A DNA stretch of 64,000 nt, taken from contig NC_087437.1 in assembly GCF_036321535.1 (NCBI RefSeq), positions 44,208,001-44,272,000 on the forward strand. The letters run 5' to 3'. Every line of letters begins with the position of its first letter. The stretch's first letter is position 1. The notes under the pieces were generated by a model, which was given only the letters and a program-made list of their open reading frames with translations, did no database searches and was not told the DNA's origin. Of the stretch, positions 1-13,360 are shown piece after piece. Source of the stretch: Camelus dromedarius (Eukaryota). The position numbers and the translations under genes were made by a program.

Positions 1-429
1 TTTTTTTTTCATTGATAGTGGATGGTGAGGCTACATATCTTTAGATAAAGTTAGTACAAAGAATTAAAGTAATAAAACAAAATTGCACTTAAGTAGCTTT
101 TCTTTTTCTTTTTACTTATTGGTATGCAGGTATCTTTAAATGGTGTGATCAAAATAAACTTGCGTTACAGTGTTCTTGCCTTAAAGTATCTAGCAAAAAT
201 GCTGCAAAGTATTTTTAGAATATTTGCTAGTTTCTATTACCACATTTTCATTCTTACAGCCCTACTTTTTTCTTCCTTAAAACCACTAGTGACATCCAAT
301 TTCAAGCAAGATTTAAAGCCTTGTGTTTTACTATTTACTGCTTCAAACTTTTTGTTCCAAGCATATGAACTATTTTTAGTTTTTTGAATTTAAGATAATT
401 TTTCATAATCCTATGCCTCTCATCAGGGT

Positions 430-760
430 TCTTCTCTTATCTTGGATGTCCCTCCCCCACTAATTCGTTTAGCAAACTCATATTCATCTCTAGGGCCAAA
501 GGTCAAACATTTTCTCTGTAAAGTTTTCTTGTTTAGATTCTCCAAATATTACCTTTTTGGTATCACTAATCCTCCAGATCCTACTTTGTGGTACCACTAT
601 TACAAAGTGTTCCTCTCTCCGGCATAGTACCTATCACATTACACTGCACTCATTTTTTCTATGACATTTGAAGGATGTTCTTGTCTTCTTTATATTTGAC
701 TCTCCAGCATTCCGCACCTAGTATGCACCCAATAAATGTTTGTCTCACCAATGAATCAAT
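430..760 (+). mobile_element. LINE-2 3' fragment (degraded)
   Basis: Ends in an L2-like tail 'ccagcattccgcacctagtatgcacccaataaatgtttg...aatgaat'; boundaries approximate. Confidence 0.55.
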
Positions 761-1399
761 ATTCCCCTTCATAGCTCTCTTTACATTGAACATTCTGACC
801 TTATTACACAATTCTCAGACTACAATTCTAGCCAATTATTTTATCTCCACATTTTACACAGACATAGCGAATGACAGCAATTTCTCTATCATCTCAGAGA
901 TAATTGACTAATAAAGCCAGGGGTGTTTGGACCTAAATACGGAGTTTGGTAGGCCCATCCACTGTGACTTTTTAAACCAGAAGTGATGAGCTCTGCCCTC
1001 AATCTAGTGAGAGAGGTGACCATGCACAGGTGGTAGAGGGAATATTTGATTGAAACACAGTAATGGGAGGACTTCAGAAGGTTGCTGAGGTGGTTGCATT
1101 TATAACTCGCTAAATGGGAACCTATGGTATTGCTTACAAAAATGATAACCATATAGTCTCTGCTAAATATTTCTATCTAGATCTGGGAATAAGGAAGCCT
1201 GCCTGACATCAAGTTTAGCCAGTGAGTTGGGGAGCCATATGTCACTGGTTTCCTTGTTGTAGGTCAATTGATGATTTTTAATTATTTTAGTGCCTTCCCC
1301 TTTCACTCTCAAAAGTGTCTTAGTGAGGATGCTAAATAATACATCACATTAGAGATGAGCCATCTCCTTAAGGGAGATTAATAATAGATCATAATAGTA

Positions 1400-1630
1400 G
1401 GAAGTAATATTCATTAAGGGCTGCTAAATACATTTTCACGTTTAAGCCTTACAACAACCCTGTGGAGAGTTACTGTTATTATAATGATCCCGTTTCTACA
1501 GAAGAGGAAACTGAGGCACAGAAACGTTCAGAAATATGTCCAAGTCAAATGGCTAATAAGTGGAAGGGGCAAGATTCAAATGAGATCTGGTTTCAGAACT
1601 TATAACCTCAGCTTTTATACCACTGCCTCC
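1400..1630 (-). mobile_element. MIR SINE
   Basis: Core 'cttacaacaaccctgtg...cagaagaggaaactgaggcacaga' is the reverse complement of the MIR core. Confidence 0.8.
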
Positions 1631-1789
1631 TGATTAAAACCATTTTATTCAGGTAGCAAAGTATATGGAGAAACAGGTCCGTAGGACCCAGATCATTCTT
1701 TTTTTCTCCCAGCCTCCTTGCTTCATCCCTCCCACCCTTTTTTTCCTTCCTTCCTCCCTTCCTTCTTTTCTTTCTTGCTTCTTTCCTTC

Positions 1790-1910
1790 CATAAATATAT
1801 TGAATATCTATTACATGTCAGCCACTGTCCCAGGCACTCTCCTAGGCACTAGGAACACATCAGCAAAAAAAACCCAAAATCTTCACTCTATGGAGTTTGC
1901 ATTTCAGGGT
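1790..1910 (-). mobile_element. LINE-2 3' end
   Basis: 'aaatatattgaatatcta...aggcactaggaacaca...atggagtttgcattt' resembles the reverse complement of the L2 tail; preceded by a CT-rich tract at 1720-1790. Confidence 0.65.
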
Positions 1911-4900
1911 TTGGACATATGTATTGTGTCTTCGTGGTGCCATCTTACAGATATTTTGATGAAGGTCAGTGTTACTGCCTATGTAAAACAACAAAAACAA
2001 GTTTGGCTGAAGAGCAGGGTGGGAGGACACAGCCAGGACTGTGCTGCACAGAGTGTATGACCAGTGTCCATTCCGTGGGGCCTTGGCATTGGACAGTCTT
2101 TTAATTCAGGAAGCATTTATGGAGTGCCCAGCATCTGCCAGGCTCTGTGGTGAGCTTTCTTCTAGAGACGGCCACCACATCACTCAGAACAGCAAGAAGA
2201 GAGGTGTGTCTCTGCTCTCTATTTCTATTATTTATAAGTGGAATTAGTCATATTATTTGTAAGTGTAGTTAATCACTTTCTAATTACTTTTTTTTTTTTT
2301 TTTGATAAACACCAAACACACCCAGACATACACACTTCAGCTAGGTTTCAGGGAAATTAAAGTACTTAAAGCTAAATTATTAACAAGGCTTTTACTTTCT
2401 CACACAATCGTGTTTAGAGAAAAGCTCTCAGGTAGATTTTAATGTCACTGTTCCTTGGAGTCTATTTAGATACGGCCTTGGCTTACCCTACCAGGGGCTT
2501 TGACTCCATTAGATGCGGTCCATTTAGCATCAGTCCTATTTGCAATGTCCCTTCCAGCACATGCACTGAAGTGGGTGGAGCTCTCTGCCGTAATCTTGCA
2601 GTTTGCATATGTACTGGCAAAATCAATAAATAAGACACCAGAGAATTGTACTAAGCCTGACATGCATTATTTGGGGGCATTTTAATTACCAAAAAAAATT
2701 AGTTGTTTTCCACTCCCACTATTTTTAAACCATTTGGGAAATGTTATGCAGATGTAACTTGAATGCAACTGTTTGTAGCTCCATTAAAGCTTGAATTTGC
2801 ATAAAAATTAATTCATTAAATGAAAACTGTACTATATTGAGGGTACATTCCATTGTGACTGATTAAAACTCCATTTTGTTAATTAACAATGAGACTTCAT
2901 CACATTTAGATAATACTGGTAAATAGTTATCAGGAGACCCTATTTAAAAAAGAATAAAAAAGTTGAGGAGGCCAAGCCATTTGGATACTAACTTTTTGGT
3001 TAAGTTTGACTAAGACAGTATATTGTCTGTGTCTATAGTGAAATATATTTGCTGGTGTACTTGTTCTTTTATTACAGTGGGATATAATTTAGCATATTCA
3101 GCAAATAATCATCTGACTGGAACTTAGGGACCATGGAAATGAAGATCCAAGAGCACAATAAAGAAATTAAAATGCTATGAACATGGAGAGTGGCCTTGTA
3201 TAATGTGAATGGGGAAATTCAGTGACCTGAATGGTTTATTGTCACTCCTCTGCTACTGGAATCTGTTGGCTTAAAAGACATAGTGTGAGAAGTTGATAAA
3301 ACATTTATATATGTAATTAAAGTTTCTCTAACTGAACAGCTAGGGTATATGTCTGCTGGATAATTCACTGAATTTGCAGATTCAGTTGTGGGTAGTGTAG
3401 ATGTCTGAAATTTCTACATCCATTAACAATAACATACTATTTATCTTTTTTTAAAGGCCCCTTATAAAAATGCTTCATGAATCTAAATGTAATTTAAAGG
3501 ATAAAATTCATTGCCTTTACAAAATGTAATTGGAAACATTTTTTCTTACTCCTAGAAAAGATTGAAATGGTTATTCAAGTAATGAAAATGGCACAGTGAA
3601 AAATTATGGCCTCCACAGACCATCAGTTATGCCACTGTCTTCTATTTATACATAACCTTTTCTTGAAATAAAACTACAAATATAATTCACTACGGATTTT
3701 AAAAGTTGGCAAGTGTACCATATCAGGAGGTTCTACCAATTTCCACAGTTATTTTAAAAACAATCCCTTTCACATTTAGTGCCAAATAAAACAAGTTCGA
3801 AGAAGGTTCCCAGACAGCTTTTCTCACTGAAGACCCTGAGGTTCCTTAGTTTTTCTCATGATTTTCAAACAACAGATGTCTGTTTGGATATTCTCTTTAA
3901 ATTTGCCCTTAAATTTTGGGAGGCAGTGAAGGGTTGGAAGATCTAATAAGGAAGTAGAGATCAGCCACCAAGTCTGATTCTTTGTTTGTCTGTATTTCCT
4001 GCAGAAAAAAAAAAAAAATGATGACAGCCCTCCAACAGAGACACGGGCCGAGCCTAGCTCGCCTGGTTGGCTCAGACGTAGCTCTGCCAGAGAGGGTGGT
4101 GTGTGGGCAAGAGTGCGAAAGTCAAATAGAGAAAAACAGCTATCAGAGCCTCAGAGCAACTGGCTTCTGAGGCAGGTTGTCCCAGAGGACAGCAGCCAGT
4201 TGTTTTGTCCACTGGTTTTCCATCTACAGTGAAGCCCTTCACTGAGCTGAGCTCGTTTTCCACTGGAGGATCTGACAGAGGGCGAGATGAGAGGGACATC
4301 TCCTGACGCAGAAATGGTGTAAGGATTCACGAGGGGATTCCTGAGGGGAAGCAGAGTGATGCTTGGTAGCCATTCTCTGGCATCAAAGGGAATGATGCAG
4401 GAGAATTTACACCTCTTCTCGGCTCAAGCCACGTCTCCCATTTTGGGGATTTAGCTCCACCAGCGCTCCCCGGTTCTGCTCCTTCCTTCTTTCTGTGGTT
4501 GCCCTCTCTGCTGTGCCTCTCTCTGCTCTGTTCCTTAATGCATACAGGATGTTTAATAGGTTTGTTGTTTTTCTTTTAGCACCAGCTCAGGCTGCAGAAG
4601 GGATGACGATAGAAATGACAAATACCCTTTCCTCCTCCTAAACAGTCATGTTCCTCGCAGCAGCTGGGTCTACGATGAGAGGGCTCACACCGCCCTGAGA
4701 CTCAGCCTGGTAGGTGGGCTGCTTTGACGGCCAGGAGAGAACGACCTGCGCCTTTTCCTCATTCTTTCTTACTCACCTCCAGCTGCAGGAGCAGGAAACA
4801 GCACGAGTTTGAAAGAGATGAGGGGGGAGGACAAGGAGAGTAAAAGAATCAATCAAACCCCTCTTCCTCTTTGCTGGCAACTAGGACGAGGCCAGGCCTC

Positions 4901-4987
4901 AGCTAGGGGATGGCAAGAAGCTTGTTACATGTTTTGTTTTAATTAGACTGGACTTTTTAATACTAAAAAAAAGTTGGTTATACAATT

Positions 4988-5117
4988 ATTTTGTGTGTGT
5001 GTGAGGGGGAGGTAATTAGGTTTACTGATTTATTTATTTAATGGAGGAACTGGGGATTGAACCCAGGACCTCGTGCAAGCTAAGCACACACTCTACCACC
5101 GAGCTACACCATCCTCA
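4988..5117 (-). mobile_element. tRNA-derived SINE (camelid Vic-1-like)
   Basis: 'ggggattgaacccaggacctcgtgcaagctaagcacacactctaccaccgagctacacc' (Pol III B and A boxes on the minus strand) plus tail 'gggggaggtaattaggttt..atttatttattt'; 11-bp TSD gttatacaatt at 4977-4987 and 5118-5128. Confidence 0.9.
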
Positions 5118-5745
5118 GTTATACAATTCTAAAGCAACCTAAGCTGAGTTTTGCCTAAGGTAGCATCTAGAGGCTGGGAAGGAAGACTCAACAGAAGTTT
5201 TGAGCTGATGGAACAAAATAAAGTTATTTCTTAACTGCACCTGTTTGAGTTCATTCCAAGAAATATGCCATTGGCTGGTGTAATATTTGGTTCTTTGGTT
5301 TATTTTTAGGGTTGCTTTGGAATCTTTAAATGAATAGCAGATTAACCTTAAAAAGGAGTCAGTTTAATAGTTTCATTCTACTGGCTGTTGTCAAGGTGCA
5401 AAGATGAATAAGGAGGTCCAATGGACTGAATAAAGGCAGCTTTATCAGTGTGTCTAATGGGGGAGATCAGTGGGGGAGAATGAGTAAAGTAGGAGGCCAG
5501 GATTTAGTTTCTGTCTAATTAATTCCTGCCCTAACTTGTAAAGTCTGCGTCAACCTTGACGAACTAATTTCTTCCCATTGCTAATGTAGTTTGCTAATGT
5601 AGTTTCCTTTCTCTGGAACATCTTTTCCCTCCCTGACATATGAAAAACGCCTATTCATCCCGTACCTCACATCTTCCATGTAACCTTTCACCATACCATC
5701 ATCCACCCTCTCTCCCAGATACAACTGACTCCTTGCTTTTTGCTT

Positions 5746-6231
5746 TATCGCCTGAAATAAATGTACAACCTAAAAGTTGAGAGTTACATTTTATTCGGTG
5801 GACAATTCTGAGGACTCAGCCCTTGATGACAGCCTCTCAGATCCTCTGAGGGACTGCTCCGAAGAGGTAGGGGAGGAGCTAGGATATTTAGGAGTTTTAC
5901 AAAAAAGACCAGGTAGTCAGAACAATAAAATATTACTTGTTATCTAAAGAAAACCAGGCATCTCAAGTTAAAGAATTTAGTGCTTTTCTATGTGTGGGAG
6001 GAAGCAAACATTTGGGCTCACCGAATTCATTCCTTTGACAAGCACCTAGCTATCCAGGGCCAGTATCCTGTCCTTTCTTATTCTGAGTCCCCTCAGGGTG
6101 CACCATTGTGAATGGCTGCTAAGGCTGGGCTGCAGGCTTGTCTTCACTGGGGGGTGGCGGCAGCCACTGATGACTTGAGGGTTTCAGCATTCTTTGTTTA
6201 CTGATATGGTTTGCGGTATTTTTCATTCACA
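5746..6231 (-). mobile_element. solo ERV LTR (ERV1-like), copy 1
   Basis: Minus strand starts TGTGAATGAAAAA and has AATAAA near its 3' end; homologous to 33455-33938; near-TSD gctt/gttt; interrupts an L2 remnant. Confidence 0.85.
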
Positions 6232-6430
6232 GTTTCATCATTCAACAATATTCAGACTCCTCTCAGGGTGCCTTTATTGCTTTACTGTAACTGTTCATTT
6301 AGAAGCCTGTCTTTGTCTAATTAATGTGTGAGCTCCTTGAAGGCAGGGGCCCTCTATTTGTAGTCCTTAAATTAAATACCATGCTTAGAATATACTAGAC
6401 ACTCAACAACTATTTATTGAATAAATTAAG
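6232..6430 (+). mobile_element. LINE-2 3' end
   Basis: 'tgtgagctccttgaaggcagggg...cactcaacaactatttattgaataaatt'. Confidence 0.7.
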
Positions 6431-8399
6431 GAATATATTCAAAGAGTGCGTTTTATTTCTAAATTGAGAGGAGACTAAGTAGGTGGTCCAAAGTGTCAGG
6501 GATATCAGGCAAGGATAAGATTCAGATATTCTTGCCCAGAGACTCCAACATTTGTTACATAATTGCCTTTTTCAATCCCCTAGAGTTAAAGGTTCTATTA
6601 CTTCATTCGATATTGAAATTTAAATTTAAATAGAGTGATTCAGTTACTAATTGCCTGTGTATTCAAATCTATTTATCTATAGTTTGTTTTTTCTCAGCGG
6701 AACCTTTTATGTGAAACAAATTCTAGCCCAAGTAGAGTTACGTAGCTGAAATAACAAAACTGCTGCAGTGGTACATTCCTGTTCATTGTTTTCTTTTTCT
6801 TCTTGCATTACAAGTAGAGTAATGTGTTTGTTGAAACTAGGATAAATTTTAATTCTTGATGAGTTCCTTCAGTATTTAGACTACTTATGTTCAATCAGTG
6901 TGAAGTTGGTAAAGACTATCTTGTACAGTCATAGTAAATTTAATTATATCAGTTGTTGCTTGTAGAGAGTATGATTGCTTATATTCAGTTTGTTATATGA
7001 GGCATTTGTAAGCACTTAGCAGTACAATCAATTGTTTAGGCAATAACTATCTTTCAAAAGGTAATTATTTCCAAAGAATTGGTGTGTTCTCTTGAAATAT
7101 AACACACAATCTCCTTCTATTTGTGTTTTGATACTGAAAAAAAGGTCTAACTCAGGAAGCTGTGAAATGAATTTGGTGGACATCTGCCTTGAGAATAATT
7201 GTGACAATGTTTCCTCAAAAATTGTTTCATATTAGTATACTTAGTGACATTGGAATCCAGCAAGTTTTATTTGTGGAAATCAGGCCAATTTTCAACTCCT
7301 TTTGCAGTAGCTTATGTGTTTGTTTGGGGCTCTTAGAGACTCAGGTGACAGGATCTTCTTGGTAAACTGAGAGCTATTCATAGGGCCATCTAGGAGCCTA
7401 GACTACTTGAAAATAAATGTCATAAATAACTTGAAATTGAGTAAAAATAGATCCTAATCTTGGAACTTACTGTTTAGTAGATAAAGCAGATTCTGTCTGT
7501 GCATTGGGCTACCTGCCACATGCAGGTCTTAGAAATGTACAACTGGCAATTGTTTTGAGGAATTGCATCACAGAGGGCATCACTGTGGTGATTCCCCAGA
7601 CTTTAACAAGATTGCTGGGCATGATACACTGGAGAATCCTTCTGCTGGCTGATTCATTGCGGTCCCTGGCAAAGATACCAAAGCATGCAGTGTGGCTGTG
7701 TTCATTAAATGATGATCTAGGGAAAGCAAAGAAATTGCAAAAGTTTTTCTGAAAGCATATCTGTTGCATAGTAAGTGGTAATTTGTTATCTCCAGGCAAA
7801 GTGAAATTGCATAAGCACTGAGAATGAAGGTTCTAAAATTCAGTGATCATGTGCCCCAAATAATGCCTTTAGTCCAAATGACTTAATTGAATAAAGGGCT
7901 TAAGCACTCATCCTCTTCTTAGAGTATATCATTTTGAAAAGGCAAACCAATCATTTAGATTTGTTGAGGTATCTTGTGCTACTTTATTTATGAGTTGATA
8001 TTCATTGCTTTTGACAAGACTTGTCCTTGTTTTTGAATTAAATTTTTAAAGTTGGTTGTCCCTTAAAGGGTCTATTCATTCTAAGTGAGTTGCCTGGTCA
8101 GTCCACGATGGGTCTGCTGATATGGTGATGGGAATCTTAGAGGGAGGGAATTGGCTGCTCAAGTGTTGCAGACTCTAGCTGATGACTGGGAGTAGCTAGG
8201 GCTACCTCCACAAGGTCTATATGAGATGAAGTGAACTGGACACACTGTCAGGCAATACGTGGTACAGTCTGTGTTCTACATCAACCTTATTGTTTACTTT
8301 TGGTAAGCTATTTCATTATTCCAGTCTCAGGGTTCTCACCTACAAAATTAGGTGGTTGGAAGATCGTAGAGTCCCTTTTTAGCTCTATTCTTCTCTGAT

Positions 8400-8760
8400 T
8401 CAGAATTAGCATAGATACTACATAGTTGATACACAACTCTGATTCTTTCTTTTTCTGGGAACACTGCTAGGCTATAGTTTCCAGTTTTCCTTACATTATG
8501 TGACTGTATGGCTGAATGTCCCTGCCAGGCCAAGGGTAGTTAAGAAGCAGGTATACCTTTTGACCCCTCTTTCTACTTCCGCTGGTGACTACAAGGTCAA
8601 GGAAATGGCAAAATCATAAGATGGAGGTAACTTGGGTCTCTTAATCACCATTTGAGGAAGAGTTACCCTGTGATCAAGAATACCTGTTTTGAACTTAATA
8701 AGAGTAAGAAGGATTGAGATTTGAGTGTTTATTTATGTTAAATTATTACCCTAACTAATA
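8400..8760 (+). mobile_element. MaLR LTR (old MLT1 subfamily)
   Basis: MLT1-type 3' end 'gattgagatttgagtgttt...ttaccctaactaata'. Confidence 0.55.
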
Positions 8761-8822
8761 ATTTGGGACTATCTAATTATAAGAAAATGTGCCAATTAGA
8801 AGTCTTCACTGTTTTACCTGTT

Positions 8823-8970
8823 CATATAGAAGATCTAAAACTCCACCCAAAAAGTGCTAGAACTAATAAATAAAGTTGCAAGATACAGAATCAACATACA
8901 GGAAATAGTTGTTTCTATATGCAGTTATAACAATCATAACAATAAAGCATCTGAAAGAGAATGAAAAGCG
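8823..8970 (+). mobile_element. L1 ORF2 internal fragment
   Basis: Degraded match to the L1 ORF2 segment YIENPKDSTKKLLELIN..KVAGYKINIQK ('catatagaagatctaaaactccacccaaaaagtgctagaactaataaat..aagttgcaagatacagaatcaacatacag'). Confidence 0.8.
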
Positions 8971-10229
8971 TCTAGATATTAATAGCTTTTATAGGAGAAC
9001 ATTAGAGCTAATGAATAGATAGGAGTTTTGGAAACAATCTTGGATGGTATTAAGGAAACAAATCCTATTTTTTTCCCCAAAGCTACCTTCTCTAAAATAT
9101 TTAATAGATTCTCTGAAAACCATCCAGATTCAGTGTTTTAGAAGTATCTCTAACTAACCAGGATGATAGACTTTCCATTTAGGAAAATAAAATTGAATAC
9201 TCTTGGTTGCTACCATGTGTTTCAGTCTCAAAAGTACACATTTTAATTAATTCAACTATGCATTGTTAGTTTCAGCAAAGTACAGAACAAGATTTAATGT
9301 GATTTGTTTGGAAATCTTATTTACTATGCAGCAGAGCTTCACTGAAGGTGTGAGGAGGTATTTACAAAATGCTGAATCCAGTAACATCTACAGTGGATAT
9401 CATGTGAGGCTGAAGATTCACGCCACTTTTCCAAGGGGAGAAGAGACCTGAAGATGATAAAAATAAATGTGCAAATAATGTTTGCAGACGATGTTTAGGA
9501 TGAGCCTAATAAATGAAGATAAATAAATATTTAGGAAGAGTAAGGATTATCATATAAATTGTTTTCTCTTGTAAAGAGTGAAATATCTCTTAGATGGAAA
9601 TCCAACTTAAAATACATTTTTTGTCTGCAAAATTGAGAAAGAATCTGTGGATTCTTTGTAATGTTGCTTAAAAACCCATCTTAAAGGTAGAAATTGCAAG
9701 AGAACTCTGGAAATAACAATTTGATTAAAGATATTGAATGAAGTGAGAAGAAAAATATTTTTCCTACTTTAAATAATTATTGAGACATTAAACATAGGAA
9801 GAGGAAAATGATAGAATCATTGGATATCTGAGCTAAAAGAGACAGTGTAGAATTTGTTTTACTTCTAGTACCCTATCTTCAAAATGAGGAAACAGGTCAA
9901 GATTAAATAACGTGCTCACATCCCTTCATTAATAGTAGTACTAGGATTATACTCCTGTGATTTATTGACCATTTGAGAGGATGAGAGGATATCTGGCAGG
10001 CTTTTCCCCCGTCTCACTGTTAGAGAATTACACCCTAGCCTTACCTCTGATGATGATGATTACAACACACAAATGAAACTTACATACCATTTATAATGAG
10101 CCAGACACAGTTTAATATGTTTTACATATGAGCTCATCTCATTCTCACAACAACCCACAACCCACAGATCTAGCCTTCCAGAGTTCAGATCCCTGCAGTC
10201 TCCTACAGCACTGCAGCAGGGTTGGTCTG

Positions 10230-10550
10230 GTGATGTGTGATGGTATGCCACTTCCAAGATTAGCTTTTAGAAGACATTGAGGCTTCTGTCTTGAGTGCAT
10301 ACTCTCACTCTCTGTCTCTGTCTTTCTTGAATTAGTCAGCCTGGGGGAAGCCAGCTATCGTGTCATGAACAGCCCTATGAGGAGGGCCAAGAGGTGAGGA
10401 AGGGGAGCCTCTTGCCAACAGCTATCTGAGTGATCCCAGGGTGCCAGTGAGCCTTCAGGTGACTGTAGCCTCCACCAATAGCTTGACTGAAACTACACGA
10501 GATGCCATGAGCCAGAACCATGAACTAAGCTGTTCAGAGATTCCTGAATT
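10230..10550 (+). mobile_element. MaLR LTR (MLT1F-like)
   Basis: 'ctgggggaagccagct..gtcatgaacagccctatgagg...gagccagaacca..ctaagctg..cagagattcctga'. Confidence 0.75.
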
Positions 10551-12039
10551 GTATTTAGGCCACTGTTTCCAGCTGCATTAATACTAAATTGTTGTAGTTG
10601 TTGTTATTGGCATTCACTATTTCTAGTTTCTATGACATATGGTCTTTAAAGGCTGCAGTTTAGAGCCTGCCTCAACTGTGGAAGAGGGTTTACTATTATT
10701 GTCTGTAATTTCAAACTAGAAAAGTCTCACAAGTAGACCAGAGATAATAGGAGGCAGAAGAGAGTTGTGCTATAAGTCACTGATGCACAGAAGTTAAGGA
10801 AAGGTGAAGGAGCGGGATGCATTATCTGAGAAGAAGGGTGCTGAGGATGGACCCTTATCTCAAACAGATAATTGCCTTCTGTCTGTTAAACGGGATCTGA
10901 AAGCTGTTTCCTTGGTTACAGGGGACTTAATGCTCGATAGTCAAAAGTAAAATGATTTCAAGAGTGTTTGTTTCATAGTTGAGTGGGCTAAGAGAAAATA
11001 TCAGCTCTCCTTGGCCTAATATATTCTCTTTATAAGACTCTGGTGATGTCAAGCTTAGCACATTATCTGGCTCAAATCACTGATACTCAACAACTGAAGA
11101 TATTGGAAAAGGTGGTGTGTTTCATGTGACCTAGATATAAAAAAAATGATTTTAAACAGAAGATTTTAGAAATAACTCATGGGTAATATTTATAGGATTA
11201 ATATAAATATTTTGGTCACATTATACTTATGATGGTTTCAAAAAGATATTTAAGAATTTGTATCAAGAATATTGGCATGAGAAAAGAACTTTATAGTTGG
11301 GCTGAATGTTGTAACTAAATAGAAAAAAGGGAGAAATTAGAAAAACATTGAAAAATTATGACAGGTTGAATGCATTTTTAATTCTGGTGGGACAGATCTC
11401 ACAGTCACTGTACCCTGTGAGATGTGTTATACCCCTGGGAAATCTTCCTGGATTCCCTTGGCAGTTAGCTGACCTGTCACCTTTACCCCTGTGTGCCTGC
11501 CCATAGACTTTCTCATGGCACTGTCATCACTGGTTTTATGTCTGTCTCTGACCATGTCTGTCATTGTACTGTTAACTGGTGAGAACTAGGTATTATTTAT
11601 CTTTATATCACACTATGTGTGCATTGCTTGGTGAATATTTGGAGCTTAACAAAATGTTAGACAATTGAAAGAAATTTCAAAAGATAGTGTTTAGAAAAGA
11701 TAGTGATTCATAAATTTTTATTTCAAGTATAGCTGGCTGCTATTAGAGACGACTGCCAAATTTTGGTAGAACTCTACAAAGGCAGGGAAGCAAATGTTCA
11801 CTAAATTTTTTTCAAATTTTAAACGAAGATTTATTGCATTTTCTAATAATAGAAATAATTTTAAAGGTTAAAATTATTATAAAGAACTTAAACATGGAAT
11901 CTGCTGTAATAATTTGATTTTATATACTGTTTTGCATGTTATTTAAATCTTTTGCAAAAAAGAAACCTAACTTTATGAAATTTAACTAGGCTCTAAAATA
12001 TTTATTTACACTTTTTCAGGTTGTTTTAAATGATTCAGC

Positions 12040-12700
12040 CCATTCTCCCTTCACTTACACAAACTTCTATTGTGCCTATTATATGCCTGGCACTATTCTA
12101 AGCATAGATTTTCAGAACCTAGTGCCTGATAGGAAAAGCTTCCTGTATTCAGAGAACTTACATTTTAGTGGTGGGAGCTATAAAATGAAATTATGGAGAA
12201 TATCAAGAGTTCTTGTTTAGGCTTCTTAAATTTTAGCATGTCTAAAACAAAAACTCTTGATATTCGGCATAATTTCCATGGAAGTGTTGAAAAGGAAATG
12301 CATATCTAGAGCCTAGGAGAGGGATCAGGGCTGCAGATAAAGAATTGTTTTGTAGAAAAATCATGATATATAAAGCCCTAGTACTGGATAAAGTCAACTA
12401 GGGAGACTGTGTCAATAAAAAAGAAAGAAGAAAAGAAAAGAAAGAAGGGAAAGAAGAGAGAACAGAACAGATCACAGATACTTCAATATTTAGAGGTCTG
12501 GCAGAGCAGGATAATTCATGAAAAAGACCATGAAGTAGATGCTAACAAGAAGCCAAAGGGAAAATAAAATATTCCAATAACATGAGAGTAATGTGTGCTG
12601 TGAGAGGTGGAGAGGACAAAGACAGAGAATTAACCTTTGGGTTTTACAAGATAATGGTCCTCAGTGACCCACATATTCCTACTGCTACTTGCAATCATAG
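12040..12700 (-). mobile_element. LINE-2 fragments
   Basis: 'tattgtgcctattatatgcctggcactattctaag...agaacttacattttagtg' followed by purine-rich L2-body-like sequence. Confidence 0.55.
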
Positions 12701-12873
12701 TAGTAATACCACTCATAATAACAAACCCACATAGCACTTAGACCCAGACACTGTTCTCAGAATGTAAGAGGTATTAAGCAATTTAATTTGGTATATGAGA
12801 ACCATCTAATTGGAGTGATGACTGCACATATCTAATTTGATTGGGCTGAAAAGAAAATGGGGGTTGGTGGTTA

Positions 12874-13360
12874 TATTAGTTATGGATTGCTACATTTAAA
12901 AAATATCCCCAAACTTAGTGGCTTAAAAAACAGCAAACATTTATTATCTACGCTTTCTTATAGATTAGGAATTCAGAAGTATTTAGTTGGTTGGTTCTGC
13001 CTCAGAGTCTCATGAAGTGGTAGTTAAGATGTTGGATGGGGCTGTGGCAGGTCTGACAGATCCTCCTAAGAGGTAACTCAGTCACAGAGCTGTTGGCTGG
13101 AGGTCTCTGCTCCTCACTGGCTGTTCTCAGGAGGCCACGGATCCTTGCACCCAAGCCTTTCCTCAGGGCTGGTCCCAACATGGCAGCAGAGCAATCAGAG
13201 CAATCCCACAGAGCCAGAGGAGAAAGCTCTGCTCCTTTTCATGATTTATTCTCAGAAGTTACATCATATCACTTCCCTAAAAGAGGATTCCTAAGGAAAT
13301 TTATGCTCCACTTTTTGAAGCAAATGTCAAAGGATGTGTGAACATATTTTAAACCATGAC
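12874..13360 (-). mobile_element. MaLR LTR (MLT1G/H-like)
   Basis: 'tattagtt..ccccaaacttagtggcttaaaa..catttattatct...aggaattcag'. Confidence 0.75.

Noticed and set aside
5578..5603. 13-bp tandem duplication ttgctaatgtagt x2
   Set aside because: Ordinary slippage duplication with no further structure
9326..9447. Minus-strand acceptor 'ttttatcatcttcAG' suggesting a coding exon
   Set aside because: Stops in all three frames before a usable donor, and the donor is weak
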